The position numbers were made by a program, and so were the translations under genes. Shown here one piece after another: positions 11,159-20,024 of a DNA stretch of 64,000 bases; the first letter of the stretch is position 1, and every line of letters begins with the position of its first letter. The stretch spans positions 128,001 to 192,000 of the forward strand of contig CAVSMN010000020.1 in NCBI GenBank assembly GCA_963729045.1, written 5' to 3'. The notes under the pieces are model-generated. The model did no database searches, was not told where the DNA came from, and saw nothing but the letters and a program-made list of their open reading frames with translations. The stretch comes from an uncultured Nitrososphaeraceae archaeon. Lineage in GTDB: Archaea > Thermoproteota > Nitrososphaeria > Nitrososphaerales > Nitrososphaeraceae.

Positions 11159-12262
11159 ATGAATAGTTTCATTACTGTAAATAAATTTTTAGTGACTTCA
11201 GCCGTATTAGCAATATCATTTGTACTACTTTTAGGTCAAACTTCAATGACCATGAATGTATTTGCTACAACCAATACAGCTAACCAAGGTATAGGCCAAT
11301 CACAATCCTCAACTCAACTTGGTGTTTGTGTTTCAGGTGACGGCACCCTTTTTTCATGTAACAACTTGAGTGACCAAAATCAAGCAAATAGCGGAAATAA
11401 TGCAGCAGCACAAAGTGGTGGCAACGATGACGATGATGACGACGATGACGATGGCAACACAGCTAACCAAGGTATAGGTCAAGCACAATCTTCTAACCAA
11501 AATGCTCTATGTGTATCAGGTTCTGGAACTTTTGTTTCTTGTAACAATTTAAATGCACAAAATCAAGCAAATAGCGGAAACAATGCATTAGCACAACAAG
11601 GTGGTAGTGGTAGTGGTGGCAATTTAGCTAACCAAGCAATCGGTCAATCACAATCCTCTAACCAAGGTAGTGGTGTAGTATCTGGTGGCAACACTGCTGG
11701 TTCAGGAAACAACGCAAACACACAAAGTCAAACAAACACTGGAAACAACGCAGCAGCACAACAAGGTGGTAGTGGTAGTGGTGGCAATTCAGCCAATCAA
11801 GGTATAGGCCAATCACAATCTTCTAACCAAGGTAGTGGCGTAGTATCTGGTGGCAACACTGCTGGTTCAGGAAACAACGCAAACACACAAAGTCAAAATA
11901 ACACCGGTAGTAACGCAGCAGCACAACAAGGTGGTAGTGGTAGTGGTGGCAATTCAGCCAATCAAGGTATAGGCCAATCACAATCCTCTAACCAAGGTAG
12001 TGGTGTAGTATCTGGTGGCAACACTGCTGGTTCTGGAAACAACGCAAACACACAAAGTCAAACAAACACTGGAAACAACGCAGCAGCACAACAAGGTGGT
12101 AGTGGTAGTGGTGGCAATTCAGCCAATCAAGGTATAGGCCAATCACAATCCTCTAACCAAGGTAGTGGCGTAGTATCTGGTGGCAACACTGCTGGTTCAG
12201 GAAACAACGCAAACACACAAAGTCAAAATAACACCGGTAGTAACGCTGTCGGACAACAATAA
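11159..12262 (+). CDS. Secreted Gln/Asn/Gly/Ser-rich tandem-repeat protein (candidate beta-solenoid/functional amyloid)
   Basis: Hydrophobic signal peptide ending VFA; two Cys-containing repeats separated by D9; four 55-aa repeats; alternative start 11123. Confidence 0.85.
   Translation: MNSFITVNKFLVTSAVLAISFVLLLGQTSMTMNVFATTNTANQGIGQSQSSTQLGVCVSGDGTLFSCNNLSDQNQANSGNNAAAQSGGNDDDDDDDDDGNTANQGIGQAQSSNQNALCVSGSGTFVSCNNLNAQNQANSGNNALAQQGGSGSGGNLANQAIGQSQSSNQGSGVVSGGNTAGSGNNANTQSQTNTGNNAAAQQGGSGSGGNSANQGIGQSQSSNQGSGVVSGGNTAGSGNNANTQSQNNTGSNAAAQQGGSGSGGNSANQGIGQSQSSNQGSGVVSGGNTAGSGNNANTQSQTNTGNNAAAQQGGSGSGGNSANQGIGQSQSSNQGSGVVSGGNTAGSGNNANTQSQNNTGSNAVGQQ
11591..12259 (+). repeat. Coding tandem repeat, four 165-bp units in ABAB arrangement
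   Basis: GCACAACAAG recurs at 11591, 11756, 11921, 12086 (variant at 12251). Confidence 0.95.
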
Positions 12263-12598
12263 ACATAAATTTTTTTCTATTTTTTTACCAATTATTTCTT
12301 ACATCTATTTACTAAGATATGACTACATGAGCATTCAAAATTAGTCTTAATCAATATGTAGAATCTAAAAATCAGCTGTGTAAATTTAATAGATATTTAA
12401 ATGGATAGTTAATACTAATGTCACAATTAGAAGACTAGAAAAAATAAGAAAATAATATAACGAAATCAGATTTTAATCCTCAATCTAGAACTATCTTTAG
12501 TCAAAACTCTAAAGTACAAGTATTAGACAGAGTGAAAGAGCCTTACAATCATCGAATAAAAGGAAAGTAAGTTGGGTGTAAACCCTTAATGAATAGGA

Positions 12599-12787
12599 TT
12601 ATGTATTCTTACGTGATGCTTTTCCACCGGCCCTTGCTACTCGTGTTCTAGTTTCTTCGCTAGCTGCTTGCAGTCCTCTTTCATCATGCTGGGCTTTTCC
12701 ACCGGCCCTTGCTACTCGTGTTCTAGTTTCTTCGCTAGCTGAAGCTAAACCTCTATTATTACCGTTTTTGTTGTTATTTTGAGGCAT
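12599..12787 (-). CDS. KGG-repeat stress-induced small protein (GsiB/YciG/Con-10-like)
   Basis: Two copies of RGLxxASEETRTRVARAGGKA. Confidence 0.85.
   Translation of the reverse strand: MPQNNNKNGNNRGLASASEETRTRVARAGGKAQHDERGLQAASEETRTRVARAGGKASRKNT
12618..12741. repeat. 49-bp exact direct repeat (period 75 bp) inside the KGG gene
   Basis: 12618-12666 identical to 12693-12741. Confidence 0.9.
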
Positions 12788-13389
12788 AATATCAAGACAT
12801 GTGAAACATACTATTTAATCTCTATTACCTTTGTCAAGTCCAATCGAGGATCTGAGCCGCCAATTCAAGAATTTTTGGCTGTTCTAATCCTGAAAGATTA
12901 AATTAAACAAGGATTTGAATTTTCAAAAACAAGCAATATTCAAAAAATTGATTGAAATCAATCATTCAATCATTCAATTGAATAGAAATTGAGGTAGCTA
13001 CAAAAAGAATAACAATTTTAGATTATTTTACTTTGTGATATCATATATACATTAGTTCCTCTAGGCTAGAGAAATCTCCAAAACTATATCTGAAATCTAT
13101 AAAACAAGTTTCAAACAGTAACACCACACCACATGACTTGTATACAAGGATTCAAAATATAGTATATGATCAATTTGATATAAAGTTGGTAACTTATTAC
13201 TACTTAAAGTCTAAAATTAAGACGGAGATGTGAAGGATCGGCTGGTATTATAGGAATCATTCAGATCCAATGGACTGATTACATACCGCAAAGATAAGGA
13301 GACACAAGTTTATTTCCGCATACATTCAATTCACAAAAATTGGAATTCAACGAGTGATTGTTTAAATTCATTGATATTCATAATCGCAT

Positions 13390-13650
13390 ATGACACAAAA
13401 ATGTGAACATATTGATAAATCTAACAAAAAGGAATTGGTCCCAAACACTATAGGATGCGAAGAATGCCAAAATGAAGGAAAGAATTGGGTTGCATTACGA
13501 ATGTGTCTTACTTGCGGTCATGTAGGTTGTTGTGATTCTTCAGTCGGGCTTCATGCTAGGAAACACTTTGAGAATCACAAACATCCAGTCATAGTAGAAC
13601 TACCAAAAAAATCGTGGAAATGGTGCTATGAGCATGAATCATATGGTTAA
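13390..13650 (+). CDS. Stand-alone UBP-type zinc finger protein
   Basis: CEH...GCEEC...LRMCLTCGHVGCCDSS...HARKHF...HP...WKWCY. Confidence 0.9.
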   Translation: MTQKCEHIDKSNKKELVPNTIGCEECQNEGKNWVALRMCLTCGHVGCCDSSVGLHARKHFENHKHPVIVELPKKSWKWCYEHESYG

Positions 13651-13734
13651 AAGTTGTGTGAAAGATGATCTATATTCTTGTCTAAATTAACAGTGTTCGT
13701 TTAAATACCACAACACCTTTACCTAACTATTTTG

Positions 13735-13836
13735 ATACACAACTCCACCTTTGAAAATGAACATGATATAGGTAAAGCAGTATATGACTGGACATGTGAA
13801 TATAACAAAAAATGCAGTGGTAGTTCAAATAGTTGA
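13735..13836 (+). pseudogene. Possible C-terminal fragment of an IS630-family transposase
   Basis: Translates IHNSTFENEHDIGKAVYDWTCEYNKK, resembling the terminal helix of IS630 transposases as recalled, not searched. Confidence 0.35.
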
Positions 13837-14778
13837 GTCTATTAATGGGTTAGATACCTCCAGATGGATCACCACCTTTGTATCTATTAAAGTTGACCAA
13901 GTCTTAGGCTTTTACTCTTTGAACGTGGCCTTCCTTACCGGTAGATAACGATGTTAATTCTATCACTGAACCTCGATTGACTTTGGACATGTCGATTGAA
14001 ATTTCTAATAGTTCGGTTTCTGCAAAATCCTAAATTGATTGAATAGACTTGTCTCTATGTTATACGATATTTTTCTGGCGCCGATGTCTTATAACGCCGA
14101 TGCTTATCAATTCACTAAATACAACTCTCTTCAGTCTCAGAGGAAAGCTGAGAAAAAATAATCACTATTACTAGCTATGAAGGAGGAGCCATGATGAAGC
14201 GTGTGACCTAGAATTCCGACTCATTACTCTGTCAAAACACCATTGTATTCATATACTGTGGGAAAATGTTATTTATGTAAATTACAACCATCAAGTAGAA
14301 TATCTAACTGTAGTAACTATTTACTCAATAGCCTCAACCAGTGCTATCTAGCTTTTTATTAACGAGTACTCGTTACTCATATAGGGTAACAGTTACTGTA
14401 CTATGAATTGTAGAATAGTCAATACATATGATCATTATTAATATAAAAGAATAATGGGTACAATAGAATCATATGTAAACTAAACTAAACATCATAGTTG
14501 TAAAGAAAGGTTTACAAAAGGTAAGCATCAATCTTTAACCTATAAGAGAAATACAACGGCAACTATTGATCTGGTGTGTTTTGCATATTTCCCTAATTCT
14601 GTAATTAATGGGTTGTATATTAAATTTTATATCCAATATTATATCTTTAACAAAGTGAATTAGGCCCAGTACGTTAAAAATTATATACTTGTAATCATGG
14701 TAATATTTTGCTTGATTAATTAAGTTATGAGGTTAAGAATTATTTTAACACGTTGATACCTTGTATATGTAAACCAAT

Positions 14779-15006
14779 TATGCTTCCATCGATACTGTGT
14801 TAATCGAATCGATGTACCCATTTTCTCATGTCAGTGTCGTGATAATTTGGCATTCTCCTTATTTAAGGAACAATATATTCTTCATCTTTTAGCAGAAAGA
14901 TCTTAGTATTGGTATGCAGTTCAATACGCTTATTTTGTATTATGCTATATAACTTGTTTTTTTCATCATCAGAAATCAACATGAGATTGGCATAACTCAT
15001 AACCAT
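14779..15006 (-). mobile_element. Degraded IS630-family transposase N-terminal HTH region with internal stops
   Basis: Translates ...TKIFLLKDEEYIVP*IRRMPNYHDTDMRKWVHRFD*HSIDG, matching the xxILL..EG..V.EI....RKWxxRF...GIDG pattern of IS630 HTH domains. Confidence 0.6.
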
Positions 15007-15405
15007 GGTTAATGAGAAAAATGGTAGCTAAAGTTGTGACATCTAAACGAACACTGTTAGTTTACAGAAGTACAGACCATCCCTCACATAACGGTTATGA
15101 TAAATACAAAGATAATCACAGTTCATATTGTTGATGTAATCGATTATACTAACTATAGGTTTCAGGATTGTCATAGAGATAGCATTCATGAAATTGGTTT
15201 GATCAAGTAAAATTAACACCAGTTAAAGTTCGTCCTACTAGTAAGCAAAATTTTCTAATCTAGTCATTTGGTTTTTGTGTATCTTTGAAACCAGTTTCAC
15301 AGATTTATTATTGGATTAAGAAAAATCTATTAGCAGTTATCAGGATGACAGCGCAGCACAATAAAATAGAAATTCAGAATATATTTATTTGCTTATTCAT
15401 AGAAA

Positions 15406-15494
15406 TAGCCCGGCCCAGATTCGAACTGGGGTCAAAGGCTCCAAAGGCCTCTATGCTTGGCCACTACACTCGGCACTTGTAATACTACCGGGCT
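15406..15494 (-). tRNA. tRNA-Gln(TTG) with 16-nt non-canonical intron (15469-15484, position 10/11)
   Basis: AGCCCGG/CCGGGCT acceptor, GAGGC-CT-TTG-GA-GCCTT anticodon arm, TTCGAAT T-loop; removing TATTACAAGTGCCGAG gives a 73-nt cloverleaf. Confidence 0.9.
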
Positions 15495-15542
15495 TCCGGG
15501 CATTTTTATATTGTAAGTACGGACGTTATTAATTTTACGAAT

Positions 15543-16658
15543 CTATTTTTTATCAATTGTAGATACATAACTTACGAGTTTTTCAATTGGATCTTCCATT
15601 TTATTTAAAATCCTTGCAGCACGGTTTTGTATTAAAATGCATTCTCGCTCGTCGTCTAAGAATGATTTCAATAATTTGTCAATTTGTACTGGACTAGAAG
15701 CTTGAACAACTAATCCAATTTTTCTTAAATAGTCATCAATATAGAACTGAATTGGGGCTATAGAAATAGTTGGTTTGCCTAGTAGTGCAGACTCTGCAGT
15801 CATTGTGCCCCCTGCACCGACAAAAATATCAATATTATTTAGTAATTTAACTCCATCAACAACTTGTCTCAATACAACGGCTTTATTTCTGAATCTTTTG
15901 GACATTTCTGCAATTTGATCTGGATATCTACATAGAATAATGATGGCATTATTATCAGCAAAATTATTTACAATAAAATCTACTAAATCTAATGGTCGTA
16001 TTCGCAAATTCTTGTTAGATATATAGGCAGCCTTTGATTCTTCAAGTCTTATCAGGATAGTTTTTCGCGAGTGATCTATCTTTAACTCTTTCAAGAATTC
16101 AAAATCTTTATCTACTCGAGGTCGTTTCCTACCGTGCAGTCGGAAGGTAATTTCATCAATGTCTCGGCTCAACCATGCAACAGGATCTAAGCCCTTATAC
16201 CGAATGATTTGCTTAGATGATATGCCATATTTTTTCCAAGCAGAAATAGGTATGACAGATGGAGAAAATAACGTCGTTAACAAAGGAATAGTTAATCTTG
16301 CAACAGCTTCAGCATGTGGTGAATCATTGAAACCAATGTGATTTATTCCCAAACCAAAAGAAACTCTCGAAGCTTCAGGAGATGAAAAACTGATCACCAA
16401 ATTAGGTGAAAATTTTGAAATTATTTTAGCCAGTTCCATAATTCGCTTTGAACTTTGAAAGAGTTTATCAAAAAGATCTGATCCTCCATGGTTACCAATC
16501 ATCAAAAGATTCAACCCCATTAATCGTGATAATTCATTGGCTTCTCTATAATTTCGTGATGTACATAAGACCTCATGACCCTGTTTTTGTAATATGTTAA
16601 TCGCAGGTTTAAAAAACATTATTTGTTTGGGAGTCAGAATGTCAAACCAAATCTTCAC
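15543..16658 (-). CDS. DUF354 family GT-B fold protein (predicted glycosyltransferase)
   Basis: MKIWFDILTPKQ, FSSPEASRVSFGLG, NDSPHA, GAGGTMTAESALLGKPTIS. Confidence 0.85.
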   Translation of the reverse strand: MKIWFDILTPKQIMFFKPAINILQKQGHEVLCTSRNYREANELSRLMGLNLLMIGNHGGSDLFDKLFQSSKRIMELAKIISKFSPNLVISFSSPEASRVSFGLGINHIGFNDSPHAEAVARLTIPLLTTLFSPSVIPISAWKKYGISSKQIIRYKGLDPVAWLSRDIDEITFRLHGRKRPRVDKDFEFLKELKIDHSRKTILIRLEESKAAYISNKNLRIRPLDLVDFIVNNFADNNAIIILCRYPDQIAEMSKRFRNKAVVLRQVVDGVKLLNNIDIFVGAGGTMTAESALLGKPTISIAPIQFYIDDYLRKIGLVVQASSPVQIDKLLKSFLDDERECILIQNRAARILNKMEDPIEKLVSYVSTIDKK

Positions 16659-16929
16659 AATTAGAATTATTCTTTAATATTAAAAAATTCTTTCGCTTTT
16701 AATGTCGTTAATTAGTCGAAATTGCAATAAAAATCAATAAATCCAAAACTAAATAAAGAAATCTAAAATTAAGATATTTGGGGCGTAGAGAATTTCAGAC
16801 AAAATAGATAAACCAAATGACACTATTGGTGAAGAACCTAAAAAATTATCAAATTATACATATCTTAATAATGGAAAGAATATTGAAAATCTGGATATAG
16901 AAAAGAGTGATCCGAAGGACAAACTTATT

Positions 16930-18093
16930 GTGATTTATGGGTTGAGCACTGAGGGTTATGAAATTGCAAAAAAGATACTCCGCAAACAATCAAAGGTAAT
17001 TATTATTGATGAAAATTCTAGGTTGGGAATTATTCTCACTTCTGAAATTGTAAAAGAATACCCGCATATTAACTTCTTAAATGAGGAGGAGCTACTGCTA
17101 AATTTAGAACCTTTCGACAAAGCAATTAGTAATGCTCCAATAGTCTTTTTTGCACCTAGAATAAGAAAAGTCAATCAAGATGTAAAGAATGAAATAATTT
17201 TAAAATTTAAAGAGATAATTACCTATTTAATGAAAAATACCGTGATTGTAATTAATGTTCCATTAGGTATTGGAGGAAATAATGAAATAATCACACTCAT
17301 TGAACATCAATCAGGTTTAATGGTTGGGACAGATGTTACATATTATTATAATCCAATAAATTCAGACAAGACATCTGAAATAATATTAGGTTCCCATCAA
17401 CAAAGAAATGAAAATTTATTTATAGATAGCATTTTTGATTTGATTAATGAGAACAATCGTATTCAAAATGATATCAAGTTAGCAAGTATAACATCTGCAG
17501 AATTAGTATATTCGATTAATATCATAAACAAGTATTCAAATTTAACGTGCATCAATGAAATTTCAAAATTAGGTAAATCAAAAGAAGATAAACAAGAAAT
17601 CTTTTACAAAAATGTAGAATCAATATATTTTGATGAAATAGCAAATGGCTTGTTCGATCTAAGGATTATTGGTTTGTCTATATCCAGCTCCACTGCATTA
17701 AGCTATGTAGTAAATGGGACAATAAGGTCGATAGAAGGATTCATAAAAAATTTGGTTGACGAAACAAGAAGTCAACTAAAATCCAGAGAGATAAAGGCCA
17801 GTAGAACAAAGGTTACTATTTTTTGGACGATTGATAATCACGAAATAAGAGGAGACAAAACAATTATTCGAGAATTATTGGAATCAAAACTACGAGATTA
17901 TATTGCAGAAGTAGAAATCGAAGACGTTGAAAGTTATATCCCCAATTCTACTAACAACATCATAATTGCCTGTTCAAGTGCAGATTATAAGAAAATAATT
18001 CACAGAATGGAAAAGAATATCAATCATCGTCATCCAAACTACAAGTTAATTGTAGTAGCGGCGAATTCTACTTTCAACACAATGGAATTGTAG
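16930..18093 (+). CDS. Degenerate UDP-sugar dehydrogenase-like protein (WecC/WbpA-like fold)
   Basis: Rossmann-like start IVIYGLSTEGY, SITSAEL, C-terminal layout of nucleotide-sugar dehydrogenases; frame is open upstream to 16789. Confidence 0.6.
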   Translation: MIYGLSTEGYEIAKKILRKQSKVIIIDENSRLGIILTSEIVKEYPHINFLNEEELLLNLEPFDKAISNAPIVFFAPRIRKVNQDVKNEIILKFKEIITYLMKNTVIVINVPLGIGGNNEIITLIEHQSGLMVGTDVTYYYNPINSDKTSEIILGSHQQRNENLFIDSIFDLINENNRIQNDIKLASITSAELVYSINIINKYSNLTCINEISKLGKSKEDKQEIFYKNVESIYFDEIANGLFDLRIIGLSISSSTALSYVVNGTIRSIEGFIKNLVDETRSQLKSREIKASRTKVTIFWTIDNHEIRGDKTIIRELLESKLRDYIAEVEIEDVESYIPNSTNNIIIACSSADYKKIIHRMEKNINHRHPNYKLIVVAANSTFNTMEL

Positions 18094-18268
18094 TATCAGC
18101 ATTATGCAGAAAATTTGGATATGAATGAAGCATTAATTGTGATCTGTATCATTTGTTCTCCATCCACGTTCAATGTTACTTCAGGCTTTGTGAAATCGTC
18201 TACATAAAGAGGATCTAATTTAGAATATGAATTTGTCAGGAGTAAAAAAAATTGAAAATAAGGAAATA

Positions 18269-18763
18269 CTAAACATCCCAATTAGTTTTTTTTACATCGT
18301 ATTCCGACCTAGTATATTTTATCCTTGCCGGATGTCCCATTACCACTACATCTGGAGGTATATCTTTAGTTACAACAGAGGCCATTGCAATTACACTATT
18401 TTTACCTATTGTTACACCAGCTTTAATAATGGATCTACCTCCAATGATTGCTCCATCTTCAACTATCACCCCAATCATTCTTTTGCTCATAGGATAAGGA
18501 TCATTGGTAAAGGTAGTTCCAGGACCAATGAAAACATTATTTCCAATTTCTGTAAGTGGAGGAATATAAACAGAACCTTCTATCCTACAGTTGTTTCCAA
18601 TCTTAACATTGTAATCCACGTGGGTAAGTGAGCCGATCATAACATCATTACCTACAACGGTATTATCCCCAATATACGCAAAATGCCATATCTTAACATT
18701 TTTACCAATCGTTGCTTTAGGAGAAATGAAATTTATTATAGAACTTTCTTTTTTTTCAGACAT
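18269..18763 (-). CDS. Hexapeptide-repeat N-acetyltransferase (WbpD/WlbB-like)
   Basis: IGKNVKIWHFAYI, FIGPGTTFTNDPYP, VVTKDIP, GHPAR; ORF may start at 18796. Confidence 0.85.
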   Translation of the reverse strand: MSEKKESSIINFISPKATIGKNVKIWHFAYIGDNTVVGNDVMIGSLTHVDYNVKIGNNCRIEGSVYIPPLTEIGNNVFIGPGTTFTNDPYPMSKRMIGVIVEDGAIIGGRSIIKAGVTIGKNSVIAMASVVTKDIPPDVVVMGHPARIKYTRSEYDVKKTNWDV

Positions 18764-19007
18764 TTCTAATTCAATTAGATTTCTATCGCAGTCCATTTAT
18801 AATTAACTTAAAATACGAATTTACCTAACAGATGTGGAGCAGGAACTGAGTCAGTAAATCAAGCAGCCAAAATGAAAAAGATAAAGGAGTACACCCATAT
18901 CTTCAAGGAAAATAATATTAGTTACGAACACATTATCTTCATCTGAGAACATTACAATTCAAGACATATTTCAGAATGTGCATATTATTAGCAGATATGT
19001 GAGTATA

Positions 19008-19973
19008 TTAGAAAGAAAGGTAAACAGGTGTCCCCGTGTTGCTCGAAATTAAAGCTGCCTCAGCTATTTTTGTTACGGCGGTCGCATCCTCAGGAGTTAC
19101 AAGATACTTGGTAATATTACCAGATAAAGATTTAACAAAGTTTTCTAGTTCCAAGGTTAATGGCTCTCGGATATTCCTTCGTGGAATAAGTGTTTGGTTC
19201 TCATCATCTATTTTTATTTCTTGAGTAATAAAGTCTCCTGTGATGGTTCCCTCAGAACAAACAGCTGAAAATCTTCTAACTTTTTTTGGAGTAATCCAAT
19301 TAGATGCAATTATTGCTACTTTTTGATTGGGAAATCCTAACATTATTGTTGCAAAATCTTCAGAATTATGAAACTTCTTACCTGCACGAGCAAAAACGAC
19401 ATTTGGCTTACTATCAAAAATAAACAAAGCAGTATCAATATCATGAACCGAAGTATCATAGATTATACCTACGTCCTTTATATGCATAGGCATTCGATTT
19501 TCCCTATGAAATTCCATCATTAATAATTCCCCATAGGTATTGTCATCAATAATTTGCTTGAGATCCTGCACAGCAGGATTAAAACGCTCTATGTATCCAG
19601 AGGTTAAAATTACATTATTCTGTTTTGACAATTTTGTAAGTTCTTCGCACTCAATTGATGAGAAAGATAATGGTTTTTCTACAAAAACATTTATCCCACG
19701 TTTAATTATTTCTTGTGCAATCGGAAAGTGTGTTTTGGTCGGAGTACACACTAGACATGCATCAAGAGAAGTTTCCTTTTCAAGTAATTGTTCAACAGTT
19801 GAATAGCAATTGATCTTAAATTTTTTTGCTAGGGCTTGAGATCTATTCCAATCTGAATCGCATATTGCAGATAATACACCCAAATCGTTTAATACACGTA
19901 CGTGGTTCTTTCCCCAGCCACCAGTTCCAATTACCGCAATTTTAATTGACTTTTCATCCAATTGTTTCAACAT
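19008..19973 (-). CDS. Gfo/Idh/MocA oxidoreductase (WbpB-like sugar 3-dehydrogenase)
   Basis: IAVIGTGGWGKNH, VFVEKP, GYIERFNPAV, DVGIIYDTSVHDID, SNWITPKKVR. Confidence 0.85.
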   Translation of the reverse strand: MLKQLDEKSIKIAVIGTGGWGKNHVRVLNDLGVLSAICDSDWNRSQALAKKFKINCYSTVEQLLEKETSLDACLVCTPTKTHFPIAQEIIKRGINVFVEKPLSFSSIECEELTKLSKQNNVILTSGYIERFNPAVQDLKQIIDDNTYGELLMMEFHRENRMPMHIKDVGIIYDTSVHDIDTALFIFDSKPNVVFARAGKKFHNSEDFATIMLGFPNQKVAIIASNWITPKKVRRFSAVCSEGTITGDFITQEIKIDDENQTLIPRRNIREPLTLELENFVKSLSGNITKYLVTPEDATAVTKIAEAALISSNTGTPVYLSF

Positions 19974-20024
19974 CTCCTAAATTTACGCTATTTTTTCTTG
20001 AATGTAGAATTAATAACATTGAAG

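Noticed and set aside
11591..12259. Regular repeats as a possible CRISPR array
   Set aside because: Contiguous 165-bp in-frame coding units with no unique spacers and no cas genes; no CRISPR array seen in the window
14191..14235. ATGATGA as box C of a C/D sRNA
   Set aside because: No CTGA box D at a suitable distance
15285..15482. 65-aa ORF
   Set aside because: Overlaps tRNA-Gln on the opposite strand
18227..18631. 134-aa plus-strand ORF and similar antisense ORFs across the window (e.g. 3383-3769, 22506-22922, 29165-29593, 30940-31338)
   Set aside because: Shadows of well-supported genes on the opposite strand with no recognisable motifs
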